From: Candidatus Gottesmanbacteria bacterium GW2011_GWC1_43_10
Lineage (GTDB): Bacteria; Patescibacteriota; Microgenomatia; UBA10105
DNA length: 64,000 nt
Assembly: GCA_000995415.1 (NCBI GenBank)
Contig: LCEX01000003.1
Location: forward strand, 15,470-79,469
Direction: 5' to 3'
A program made the translations under genes and the position numbers. Position 1 is the stretch's first letter, and every line of letters begins with the position of its first letter. Under the pieces are notes generated by a model. That model had not been told where the DNA came from, ran no database searches, and saw nothing but the letters and a program-made list of their open reading frames with translations. This document shows positions 37,752 through 46,825 of the stretch, in pieces.

Positions 37752-39040
37752 AAGAAGAATTAACCGTATTACTGCTTGCCGGCGGTAAATCCAGCCGGTT
37801 TTGGCCGCTGACATCTAAGATGACTTACATATTTATGGGCAAGACATTTCTGGAACGGCAAGTTTCTTTATTAAAAGAAGTTGGTTTCAAAAATATCATA
37901 GTGGTGGCTTCGAGTAAAATAGCCCAAAGGTTTGCAAGCAGTACCGCTGAAATCATAGTTCAACAAGGTGAGGGTCAAGGTGCGGCTATACTTTCAACCG
38001 CAGCCAAAATCGCCGGCAAACCATTATTGGTAGTAAATGCCGATGATTTAGTGGCCAAGGATTTATTTCTAAATCTGTTAACTAAAATCGCTGGAACACA
38101 CAATTTGTTAGTCGGATATAAAACAGAGAGTTATTTTCCGGGTGGATATCTAGTGCTCGACGGGAAAAAAGTGGCTCGAGTACATGAAAAACCAGGGGAA
38201 GGAAATACGCCCTCAAGTTTTGTAAAATTGGTTTGTGATTATTTTGTGAGCGCAGATACTTTAGTTCGATACTTGGAGAAAACTGATCGTAGTGATCCAA
38301 ACAGACATTACGAAAACGCTTTAAGCGAAATGATGAAACAAGGCGAAATATTCGAAATGGTGGAATATAGCGATAGTTGGCTGCCGCTAAAATATCCATG
38401 GCAAACACTTGATCTTATGGATGATTACTTAGATCAGATCAAAGTCATGCAAATAAGTAAATCAGCCAAAGTGCACAAAACAGCTAGCTTAATAGGACCG
38501 ATCGTTTTAGGTGAACACGTGCGGGTGATGGAATATTCTAAATTGGTTGGGCCGCTTTATATTGGCGCCGGGACTATCGTCGGAAATCACTCAATGGTGC
38601 GAAGATCAATGATTGGTGAAAACGCAGTTATCGGTTTTGGATGTGACGTCACCCGCAGTTTCATAGGGAGTGACACTTGGTTTCATTCCAACTATATCGG
38701 TGATAGTGTGATTGGAAATCATGTCGCTATGGGAGCCGGGTCGATACTTGCCAATTTACGTCTGGATGAAGGTGATGTTTATTCAAATGTCAAAGGCGAA
38801 CGAATAAGTAGCGGGCGCAACAAATTGGGCGCGATCTTGGGTGAAGGAGTGCGAATTGGGGTGGGTGTAAGAGTGATGCCCGGAGTAAAGGTGGGACAAA
38901 ACAGCGTTGTTGGGCCGGGAGTCATCTTGCAGGAAGATTTAGCCGATAATAAACGATGTCTAGTCAAACAAACCCACGCATTTTCGGAAAACGTGATTTC
39001 CAATGTCCGCGACCGCTCCCGATTCCGGAACAAGCTGTAA
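37748..39040 (+). CDS. Bifunctional sugar-1-phosphate nucleotidylyl/acetyltransferase, archaeal GlmU-like
   Basis: 'LLAGGKSSRFWP', 'EKP', 'YPW..L', 'YIGDSVIG', 'ANLRLD', 'GRNKLGAILG'. Confidence 0.8.
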   Translation: MKEELTVLLLAGGKSSRFWPLTSKMTYIFMGKTFLERQVSLLKEVGFKNIIVVASSKIAQRFASSTAEIIVQQGEGQGAAILSTAAKIAGKPLLVVNADDLVAKDLFLNLLTKIAGTHNLLVGYKTESYFPGGYLVLDGKKVARVHEKPGEGNTPSSFVKLVCDYFVSADTLVRYLEKTDRSDPNRHYENALSEMMKQGEIFEMVEYSDSWLPLKYPWQTLDLMDDYLDQIKVMQISKSAKVHKTASLIGPIVLGEHVRVMEYSKLVGPLYIGAGTIVGNHSMVRRSMIGENAVIGFGCDVTRSFIGSDTWFHSNYIGDSVIGNHVAMGAGSILANLRLDEGDVYSNVKGERISSGRNKLGAILGEGVRIGVGVRVMPGVKVGQNSVVGPGVILQEDLADNKRCLVKQTHAFSENVISNVRDRSRFRNKL

Positions 39041-39052
39041 TACTTCTTTAAT

Positions 39053-39444
39053 ATGCCTTTTTACGTATTTGCCTGGATTGCCTCAATAGCCTATGGGTTT
39101 GATATCGTCATGTCAAAGCTCACGAGTAAACATGCGATATCCAATCCCTGGTTATTCAATTTTCTTTGGACATTTATGGTGATCCTCTTTACTTTGCCGC
39201 CGGCATTTGCGAGTCACGTCGGTATTCCTCACGATTGGAGTGATATATTGGTAGCGGCATTTTTGGGAGCTTTGGCTTCAATCTTTTTCGTTCTAGCTTT
39301 GTACAAATTGGACGTTTCCGTACTTGCTCCGCTTTTTAACTTCCGATCCGTATTTAGTGTAGCGCTGGGAGCTTTGTTTGTCGGTGAAATTTTGACCCAG
39401 GAGCAGCGGTGATGATTGGAGCTGCGCTCAAGCTCTCTGGTTAG
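39053..39444 (+). pseudogene. EamA/DMT transporter remnant with a probable internal deletion
   Basis: One EamA repeat ('ALYKLDVSVLAPL', 'LFVGEIL') stops abruptly at 39412; a terminal-helix-like peptide AAVMIGAALKLSG* follows in another frame (39403-39444). Confidence 0.6.
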
Positions 39445-39492
39445 TGAGGCCTTCATTGCACAAAAGTGCCATCTCGCGTAAAATTGAGGCTA

Positions 39493-40215
39493 ATGAATAA
39501 ATACCCAGTGGTGATCTTACCGGGGTGGATGTTGGGGTCCAAGCGATTTACTTCTTTGATGGCCGAGTTTACTAAGGCTGGTTATAAAACTTATTGCGTC
39601 GATTTTCCCGGATTTGAACAAGGGATGGAGCTAAACCGGGTATACAATCTAAGCGATTATGTGAGGTATGTGGAGAAGTTTTTGAAGCAAAAAGGTATTG
39701 CTAAAGCCATCTTCGTATGTCACTCTTTTGGGGGCAGGGTGGCACTAAAACTTCTTTCCCAGGAACCAAAACGAGCGGCAGCGCTTGTGATTTCCGGCAC
39801 TCCTGGTTTTCCGACAGTGTCTCGCATCAGATTTTTAATAACTATGTCGGTAGCCAAATTGGGGAAAATATTTTTTTTGCTTCCGCCATTTAGCTTATTC
39901 AAAGACAGAATGCGCCGGCTTTTGTACCGAGTTGCCGGAGCCACTGATTTCTACCACGCCCAAGGACTGATGCGCGAAACTTTTAAAAATGTAGTGAAAG
40001 AGCGGCTGGGGGAGTACATGCAAAAAATTCGTTTACCAGTACTACTGATTTGGGGTAGTCAAGATCGCTTGGCACCGATAGCCATAGCCAAGAGGATGCA
40101 GAAAACACTCACCAGGTCGAAATTGACTATCATCCCTGACCGAGGGCATAATTTTCTTTATAAAGAGCCGCAGTTGATTGTGCACCACACAGAAGAATTC
40201 TTGCAAAAGTTATGA
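39493..40215 (+). CDS. Alpha/beta hydrolase
   Basis: 'LPGW', 'DFPGF', nucleophile elbow 'CHSFGG', 'IWGSQD', 'GH'. Confidence 0.9.
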   Translation: MNKYPVVILPGWMLGSKRFTSLMAEFTKAGYKTYCVDFPGFEQGMELNRVYNLSDYVRYVEKFLKQKGIAKAIFVCHSFGGRVALKLLSQEPKRAAALVISGTPGFPTVSRIRFLITMSVAKLGKIFFLLPPFSLFKDRMRRLLYRVAGATDFYHAQGLMRETFKNVVKERLGEYMQKIRLPVLLIWGSQDRLAPIAIAKRMQKTLTRSKLTIIPDRGHNFLYKEPQLIVHHTEEFLQKL

Positions 40216-41678
40216 TCGTCATATTTTTGATTGTGTTTTGGAGTTTGCGGATTCTAAGCAATCTGATGTCTTACATTCAGCTGTGGTACATCAAGGAATA
40301 TCGTTTCGATCGGATGTGGATACATCTTAGAACACCGCAGGGAAAGAGATGGTTGTTTATCCCTTTTCGTCGGATGCGGGTTTCCCCCAAAACAATAAGT
40401 TTATTTATTTTTAGTTTATCGAGCCTCATTATTGGTTATCGCCTATTTACTTTTTCCTGGTGGGGGAGACTATTAATTTTGGATGTATTGACGTTTCCAA
40501 TAGTTAGTTTCTGGGTGATGCTACTAAGACTCCCGACTTTGATTTACCATGAATTATTGATTTATTTGGCCACAAAAAAGTTGAGGCGACACAAATTTAA
40601 AAGTGTCATTGGAATCACTGGGAGTTTTGGCAAAACCTCAACCAAAGAATTTTTGGCAACGATTCTTAACCAAAAATACCAAGTCCTAAAAACCGCTGCC
40701 AGCCAAAATTCTGCCATTGGTATCGCTGAGTTGATATTAAATCAGCTTAAACCTACACATGAAATTCTCATTGTGGAAATGGGAGCGTATAAAGTGGGAG
40801 AAATAGCCAGGATGTGCCGGATAGTCCGGCCGCAAATCGGGATCGTGACAGCTATCAATGCTCAGCACCAGGATTTATTTCAGTCGCTAAAAAATACATT
40901 TAGAGCTAAATACGAACTGATAGCGAGTTTACCTTCAGATGGGACAGCTATATTTAATGCTGACAACGAGTATACGCTCAAGATGGCCAAACAAGCCCAA
41001 AAAACCATTAAACAGATTTTGCTTTATACCAAAGCAGATCCACCCGAAAGAGCTGAGGTCCAGATACTGCAAGCGAAAAAGGTTAAAGCTACTTTTGAGA
41101 CTTTGGAGTTTGCTGTCAGTTGGGGTAAAGAAACTGCACGGGTGAAAGTGCCAATTTTGGGCGAACATCAAATCAGCAATATATTGGCAGCCATAGCCGG
41201 AGCAATTGCAAGTGGCATGAGTTTGACTCAGGCTGCCCGGGGGGCAAATCAAATTAAAGCAATTTCTAAAACCATGCAAAAGATAGGGCAAATAAAGGGA
41301 GCTACTCTGATCGACGACACTTTTAATAATAATCCGGATGCTGCTAGGGCGGCGATTAAATTTTTGGGCCAGACGCCAGGCAAAAGAATACTAGTATTTC
41401 AACCGATGATCGAACTTGGAACTCATGCTGAACTTGCACATGAAGAAGTAGGAAAGTTGGCCTCTCAATACTGTGACCAAGTTTATTTAACCAACTCAAA
41501 TTATTTTGAAGCATTCAATAAAGGCGTAAAAAGTGGGTTACAGACTATTTCAGTGCGAGTAATCCCACCGCAAAAAGCAGCAGTCGAGATAAAATCACAG
41601 CTTACAACAGGCGATACAGTTATATTTAAAGGAAAAGAGGCGGAACGGGTGCTGAAGGAACTTATTAAATCAGTATAA
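40212..41678 (+). CDS. murF: Mur ligase MurF with N-terminal membrane segments
   Basis: 'GITGSFGKTSTKE', 'VEMGAY..GEI', 'NADN', 'IDDTFNNNP', 'MIELG', 'FKG'. Confidence 0.88.
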   Translation: MIVIFLIVFWSLRILSNLMSYIQLWYIKEYRFDRMWIHLRTPQGKRWLFIPFRRMRVSPKTISLFIFSLSSLIIGYRLFTFSWWGRLLILDVLTFPIVSFWVMLLRLPTLIYHELLIYLATKKLRRHKFKSVIGITGSFGKTSTKEFLATILNQKYQVLKTAASQNSAIGIAELILNQLKPTHEILIVEMGAYKVGEIARMCRIVRPQIGIVTAINAQHQDLFQSLKNTFRAKYELIASLPSDGTAIFNADNEYTLKMAKQAQKTIKQILLYTKADPPERAEVQILQAKKVKATFETLEFAVSWGKETARVKVPILGEHQISNILAAIAGAIASGMSLTQAARGANQIKAISKTMQKIGQIKGATLIDDTFNNNPDAARAAIKFLGQTPGKRILVFQPMIELGTHAELAHEEVGKLASQYCDQVYLTNSNYFEAFNKGVKSGLQTISVRVIPPQKAAVEIKSQLTTGDTVIFKGKEAERVLKELIKSV

Positions 41679-41733
41679 AACCGGTTACGCCCAAGGTTAC
41701 CAAGTGCTTATTAACTTCCGAGGTTGAAGATTT

Positions 41734-42963
41734 ATGTTTTCAAGACCGATTCATATAGGTTTATCACCAAATATCTCTGCCGATGATTATTGGTTGGCGG
41801 TTAAATCTTTGTTTACGCCTTGGAGTTGGAAGCGGGGAAAATCTATTGAAAAAGTTGAAAACTGGTTTAAGGATCATTTTGAAGTACACTTAGCGATTAG
41901 TTTTAATGCCGGCCGTTCAGCTTTGTTGGCTATTTTAGAATCGCTTAATTTAGAAAAAAATAGCGAAGTGTTAGTACAAGCGTATACCTGCGTAGCTGTG
42001 CCCAATAGTGTAGTCTGGGCGGGGTTGAAGCCAATTTATGTGGATATTGATGAGACCCTCAATTTGGATATTGCCGACGCCGAACGTAAGCTCACTTTGC
42101 GGACCAAGGCGCTGATCGTACAACACACTTTTGGGATTCCATCTGACATGGATAAATTGGTTGCCTTTGCCAAAAAACACAATTTGCTGCTGATTGAAGA
42201 TTGTGCCCATGCCTTGGGTGGGACTTACAAAAACAAATTGTTGGGAACTTTTGGTGAAGCAGCCTTTTTTAGCTTCGGTAGAGACAAAATCGTCTCGTCA
42301 GTATTTGGTGGAATGGCGATAACGAACAATAAAAATCTAGGTACAAAAATTGTTCAATACCGAGAGGGTCTTGCTTACCCTTCATATTTGTGGATTTTGC
42401 GTCAGTTATTACACGTTCTGATTTCGGGTTGGGCATTAGCTTTATATCAGATGGCAGGCGCAGGTAAACTTATTTTATATTTGTCTCAAAAATTAAAACT
42501 CGTATCTATGCCGGTTTATTTCAAGGAAATATTAGGGCGTCAGCCAGCAGATTTCCCAAAAGCCTATCCCAATGTTTTGGCGAGCTTAGCTCTTTGGCAA
42601 TTGGATAAACTTCCAGCTATGAATGAATGCCGCCGCCAAATCGCCAAATATTACTTTGAGAATATAAAACCCTCAAAAGTGAAATTACCGGTTAAAGTGA
42701 GCGGTGCTGTTTATCTCCGGTACAATTTATTGACCAATCGGGCTGATGAAATCCGTTGGCAAGCTAAAAAACAGGGAATGATTTTGGGTAACTGGTATCA
42801 CCACACAATTGATCCCAAAGGTGTCATCTGGGCAAAAGTCGGTTACCCAGAGGGTAGTTGTCCCCGAGCCGAAGCTGTGGCTGCAACCAGTCTAAATTTG
42901 CCGACTTATCCGAGTTTAACCAAAACGCAGATGCAACAGATAGTGAGTTTGTTTAAAGGTTAG
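41734..42963 (+). CDS. DegT/DnrJ/EryC1/StrS family PLP aminotransferase
   Basis: 'GRSAL', 'QHTFG', 'IEDCAHALG', 'FSFGRDK', 'LNLPT'. Confidence 0.9.
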   Translation: MFSRPIHIGLSPNISADDYWLAVKSLFTPWSWKRGKSIEKVENWFKDHFEVHLAISFNAGRSALLAILESLNLEKNSEVLVQAYTCVAVPNSVVWAGLKPIYVDIDETLNLDIADAERKLTLRTKALIVQHTFGIPSDMDKLVAFAKKHNLLLIEDCAHALGGTYKNKLLGTFGEAAFFSFGRDKIVSSVFGGMAITNNKNLGTKIVQYREGLAYPSYLWILRQLLHVLISGWALALYQMAGAGKLILYLSQKLKLVSMPVYFKEILGRQPADFPKAYPNVLASLALWQLDKLPAMNECRRQIAKYYFENIKPSKVKLPVKVSGAVYLRYNLLTNRADEIRWQAKKQGMILGNWYHHTIDPKGVIWAKVGYPEGSCPRAEAVAATSLNLPTYPSLTKTQMQQIVSLFKG

Positions 42964-42968
42964 CTTTT

Positions 42969-43589
42969 ATGCCAAATCAATTGGAGATCAAATGTTTGCC
43001 GGTGGGGGAGCTCGGGACCAATTGTTATTTAGTGTTTGATCGTTTAACCCGAGAAGGTATCATTGTCGACCCGGGTGATGCGGCCGACTATATCGCAGAC
43101 GTGATCCGGGATTTACAAGTCCAGCCCCTACAAGTTTTGGCTACTCATGGGCATTTTGACCACATTTTGGCAGCGTTTGAATTACAACAAGCTTACAAAA
43201 TCCCCTTTCTTATAAGTGCAAAAGACGTATTCTTAGTCGATAGGATGCAGGATAGTGCCAAATTTTTCCTCAAAATATCTATTCCTCAAATGCCACCAAA
43301 GATTGACGCGTTTGTAAAAGAGGGAGACCGAGTTAATTTTGGTAGGCTTTCGCTTAAAGTTTTTGAAACTCCGGGGCATACACCCGGGAGTGTTTGTTTT
43401 TACCATGAAGACAGTAAAACCATGTTTACAGGAGACACTTTATTTAAATCCGCAGTAGGTAGAACTGATTTTTCCTACGGCTCGAGTAAAAATTTACAGG
43501 ATTCACTTCAAAGACTAAAACATTACCCAGGAAAAACACAAGTATATCCCGGACACGGGGAAGCAACTAGTCTGGGAGAAGAATTGTAA
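42969..43589 (+). CDS. Metallo-beta-lactamase fold hydrolase (glyoxalase II/YcbL-like)
   Basis: 'TNCY', 'THGHFDH', 'TPGHTPGS', 'GDTLF..AVGRTD', 'PGHG'. Confidence 0.93.
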   Translation: MPNQLEIKCLPVGELGTNCYLVFDRLTREGIIVDPGDAADYIADVIRDLQVQPLQVLATHGHFDHILAAFELQQAYKIPFLISAKDVFLVDRMQDSAKFFLKISIPQMPPKIDAFVKEGDRVNFGRLSLKVFETPGHTPGSVCFYHEDSKTMFTGDTLFKSAVGRTDFSYGSSKNLQDSLQRLKHYPGKTQVYPGHGEATSLGEEL

Positions 43590-43683
43590 TTGTTCAGATT
43601 TCCGATAGAAAATCGTCATCGCGAAGGGCCAATGGCCCTGTGGCGATCCCCGATCTAGTCGGGGATTGCTTCGCTACGCTCGC
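43586..43683. repeat. GTCAT repeat copy B, right end truncated, with a different central hairpin
   Basis: Near-identical to 31588-31676 except TCATGA is replaced by CCCGATCTAGTCGGG and the terminal AATGAC is absent. Confidence 0.88.
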
Positions 43684-44247
43684 GTCTATCGACTTTTTCA
43701 AAACACAGGTTTAATCATCATTTCCCTAGGGCTTTTGTATGGTGGGGTAGCCATCATCAAATCGGAAATCCCTTTTTGGAATCTGGTGTATGGATTGCCG
43801 GCTATTTCCATGGGAATTCTCATGGCTTTAGTGACCTTCAATGAATTGACCAAAAATCAAACAGCAAAGGCAAGCGAATATCACCTGATCCCGTGCGCCA
43901 TCTGCAAAAAAGAAACACTGGCGCCTTTGCTTATTGAGCGGGTGACGTGTACCGATTGCCAGTACAAAATGGCGGTCAAGCTGCAAATGGGGGCATTGGT
44001 TTTCTTTTTACTTCTGGCATTGCCTGTGACGTATCACCTTTCGCAGCAAGCTCAAGACATCAGGCAAAACGCCCAAGAAAAATCTTCTCAGTGTGAAGTA
44101 GGACTTTGGGAGCCAGAAGTATGTCGCTGCGGAGCTTGGCAAGGTGCGTTGTCTTGCGGAGATGGGCAGCGGGCACGGGTTTGTAATGGAATTGAGTTTT
44201 GTTGTGGTGAGGCAAACGGTAAGTTTTCTTGTGATCCAAGAAAATAA
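43666..44247 (+). CDS. Cys-rich membrane protein (3 TM, CxxC/CxxC ribbon, 8-Cys C-terminal domain)
   Basis: 'CAIC...CTDC' and C-terminal Cys cluster; start uncertain because the TTG lies inside the repeat. Confidence 0.75.
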   Translation: MLRYARVYRLFQNTGLIIISLGLLYGGVAIIKSEIPFWNLVYGLPAISMGILMALVTFNELTKNQTAKASEYHLIPCAICKKETLAPLLIERVTCTDCQYKMAVKLQMGALVFFLLLALPVTYHLSQQAQDIRQNAQEKSSQCEVGLWEPEVCRCGAWQGALSCGDGQRARVCNGIEFCCGEANGKFSCDPRK

Positions 44248-44271
44248 TCATATTTGATAATAAAAATGCAC

Positions 44272-45276
44272 ATGGAAATAACTATTCGTGAAATTAAGCC
44301 AGGGGATGAATGGGATGGATTTATATTAAAAAACAATCCTTGGAGTTTTTTCCAGTCAACTACTTGGATCAAACTTCAAGAAAAACTTGGAGTGTCGGTT
44401 TGGCATTTGGGACTTTTTAACAAGCAAAAAATGATAGGATTGGTAGCAGTTTATGTCATCCGCGCCAAACGAGGCACGTTTCTGCACGTTCGACATGGAC
44501 CGGTTTTCACTTCTTCTACAAACATCGAAAATTGGAAAATACTAATAGCCAAGTTAAAAGAAATTGCTTCTCAGGAAAAAGCCTGGTTTATAAGATTCAG
44601 CCCGATGATTGTCGAAACGCCTACCTTACGAAACTTGTTTCAGAAATTAGGTATGTTTCCGTCGCCAATTCATGCGATGGATGCCGAAATCTGTTGGGTA
44701 CTGGATATAACCAAAACGGAAGAAGAGTTACTAGCCGAAATGCGCAAAACTACTCGTTATCTGATCCGGCAAGCCCAAAAAATGGGAGTTGAAGTCGATA
44801 AAACTAACGGCTTAGCAGATTTTCAAAAACTCTATATTCAGACCTACGAGCGTCACGGATTTGTGCCATATGCAGGAATTGGTGAAGAATTTGATTTGTT
44901 TTTTCAAAATAATAACGCTGTATCATTTGTAGCAAAGCACGATGGATTACCGATTGCAGCAGCGATCATTTTGTTTTTCGGTGACTTTGCTATTTATCAT
45001 CATGGAGCCTCGATCCCGTCCAAAATTCCCGGCAGTTATTTGCTGCAATGGATGGCTATCAAGGAAGCTAAAAAAAGAGGGAAAAAATTATACAATTTCT
45101 GGGGAATTGCGCCGCCTGATAAACCTAACCATCCGTGGAGCGGGATCACGTTATTTAAGCAAGGGTTTGGGGGTCGGGAAGTCCGCTTTGGGCATGTTCA
45201 AGATTTACCCCTCTCCCCTTTTTATGCAATTTCTTATACCATAGAAAAGCTACGCAAACTCAAGCGCGGTTATTGA
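44272..45276 (+). CDS. FemABX family peptidoglycan cross-bridge aminoacyltransferase
   Basis: 'FFQS..W', 'HGPV', 'LDI....ELL..MRKTTRY.IR.A', 'YHHGAS', 'YLLQW', 'YNFWG', 'FKQGFGG'. Confidence 0.92.
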   Translation: MEITIREIKPGDEWDGFILKNNPWSFFQSTTWIKLQEKLGVSVWHLGLFNKQKMIGLVAVYVIRAKRGTFLHVRHGPVFTSSTNIENWKILIAKLKEIASQEKAWFIRFSPMIVETPTLRNLFQKLGMFPSPIHAMDAEICWVLDITKTEEELLAEMRKTTRYLIRQAQKMGVEVDKTNGLADFQKLYIQTYERHGFVPYAGIGEEFDLFFQNNNAVSFVAKHDGLPIAAAIILFFGDFAIYHHGASIPSKIPGSYLLQWMAIKEAKKRGKKLYNFWGIAPPDKPNHPWSGITLFKQGFGGREVRFGHVQDLPLSPFYAISYTIEKLRKLKRGY

Positions 45277-45330
45277 TAGGATCCAAAGATATTCTCTTGG
45301 CAAAGTTGCTATAATAAAGAAAGTGATCAG

Positions 45331-45699
45331 ATGAACGAAATCATTCGCCAGCATCATATTTCCTTCAAAAATGCCTTTGCCGGACTTAAATGGGCGCTCC
45401 TGACACAGCCAAATTTCCGAGTCCATTTTTTTCTATCCGTGGTAGCTATCGGTATCGGCATATATGTGCAGCTTGCGATTTGGGAGTGGGTAGTGATCGT
45501 TCTGACTATTTTTTGGGGATTGGCAGCAGAGATGATCAACACGGCACTCGAGTCAATCACTGATCTGGTTACGCAAGAATGGCGTCAGGAAGCCAAAATA
45601 GCTAAAGATGTCGCCGCCGGTATGATGTTGACAGTCGCCATAGGCGCTGTTATTGTCGCGGCTTTGATTCTTTTACCCAAAATCTTAATTAAAGTCTAA
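45331..45699 (+). CDS. dgkA: DgkA family diacylglycerol/undecaprenol kinase
   Basis: 'SFKNAFAGL', 'NFRVH', 'EMINTALE', 'AKDVAAG'; TGCTATAAT extended -10 upstream. Confidence 0.92.
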   Translation: MNEIIRQHHISFKNAFAGLKWALLTQPNFRVHFFLSVVAIGIGIYVQLAIWEWVVIVLTIFWGLAAEMINTALESITDLVTQEWRQEAKIAKDVAAGMMLTVAIGAVIVAALILLPKILIKV

Positions 45700-45708
45700 A
45701 TATCAGAT

Positions 45709-46749
45709 ATGATCATCATTTTGACGATTTTACTCTTTTCCGTGATCGTAAATTGTGTTTTATTTGTGCCTTATATAAACCTACTGTATAAGTATAAGTT
45801 CCAGCGTCAAAAACAACAGACCAAAGATGCATTTGAGAAACCTACGCCGATTTTTGATGAGTTGCATCGCAACAAAGTTGGTGTACCTTTGGGAGGTGGT
45901 TTACTGATCATCCTGGTGACCACTTTGTTTTTCCCGCTGATGTTACTTTTGATGCGTTATTTTTTCGTGCCGATCACAGAAGTCTACAGGCTAGATGCAG
46001 AAGTAAAAATATTGGTGACGACATTTTTGGGGTTTGGATTACTTGGGTTATATGATGATTTGAAGAAAACTTTTAGCTGGGCCAAAGACGCCTTTTTTGG
46101 TTTGAGGCTGCGCCACAAATTATTGATCGAAATTGTGATTGCGATCGTTATCGCTACCTGGTTGTATACAGATTTAAAAATTGAAATTTTACATATTCCT
46201 TTCATTGGGGTATTTGATTTAGGAGTATTTTTTATCCCGTTTGCGGCTTTGGTCATCATTGCTTTTAGCAATGCCTACAACATCACTGATGGTTTGGATG
46301 GTTTGGCTGGTGGTGTGCTGATGATAGCTTTGGTTGCCTTTTTGATCATTTCTGCTTCGATTTTGGATAGCCCATTGTCGATATTTTTGGCTTTGTGGTT
46401 GGGTGGGATCATCGCATTCTTGTATTTCAATGTATTCCCGGCGCGTATCTTTTTGGGTGACGTGGGAGCCTTATCTTTTGGCGCTACTTTTGCCGTGGTG
46501 GGATTGATTTTAGGAAAAATATTTGTCCTTCTCGTGATCGGCGGCGTATTTGTGGTGGAGGTAGCCTCGTCACTTTTTCAATTGACTGCCAAGAAGTATT
46601 GGGGGAAAAAAATCATGGCGGTAGCTCCACTGCATCTATGGTTGCAATACAAAGGTTGGCCGGAACCAAAAGTAGTGATGCGGGCCTGGTTGATCGGCAT
46701 CATGTTGTCAGCTTTGGGTCTATGGATGGCTTTAATTACCCATCAATAA
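45709..46749 (+). CDS. mraY: Phospho-N-acetylmuramoyl-pentapeptide transferase
   Basis: 'K.GVPLGGG', 'GLYDD', 'NAYNITDGLDGL', 'FN..PARIFLGDVG', 'MAVAPLH'. Confidence 0.95.
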   Translation: MIIILTILLFSVIVNCVLFVPYINLLYKYKFQRQKQQTKDAFEKPTPIFDELHRNKVGVPLGGGLLIILVTTLFFPLMLLLMRYFFVPITEVYRLDAEVKILVTTFLGFGLLGLYDDLKKTFSWAKDAFFGLRLRHKLLIEIVIAIVIATWLYTDLKIEILHIPFIGVFDLGVFFIPFAALVIIAFSNAYNITDGLDGLAGGVLMIALVAFLIISASILDSPLSIFLALWLGGIIAFLYFNVFPARIFLGDVGALSFGATFAVVGLILGKIFVLLVIGGVFVVEVASSLFQLTAKKYWGKKIMAVAPLHLWLQYKGWPEPKVVMRAWLIGIMLSALGLWMALITHQ

Positions 46750-46825
46750 GCGACAACTCACTTTTCCGACTCATGGGCACTATCCGCTTAAACGCCATTT
46801 GAGCAATTTCAATACAAATAAAATC

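Noticed and set aside
42969-43589. Beta-lactam resistance gene next to cell-wall genes
   Set aside because: The motifs match the cytoplasmic glyoxalase II/YcbL-like group and there is no signal peptide.
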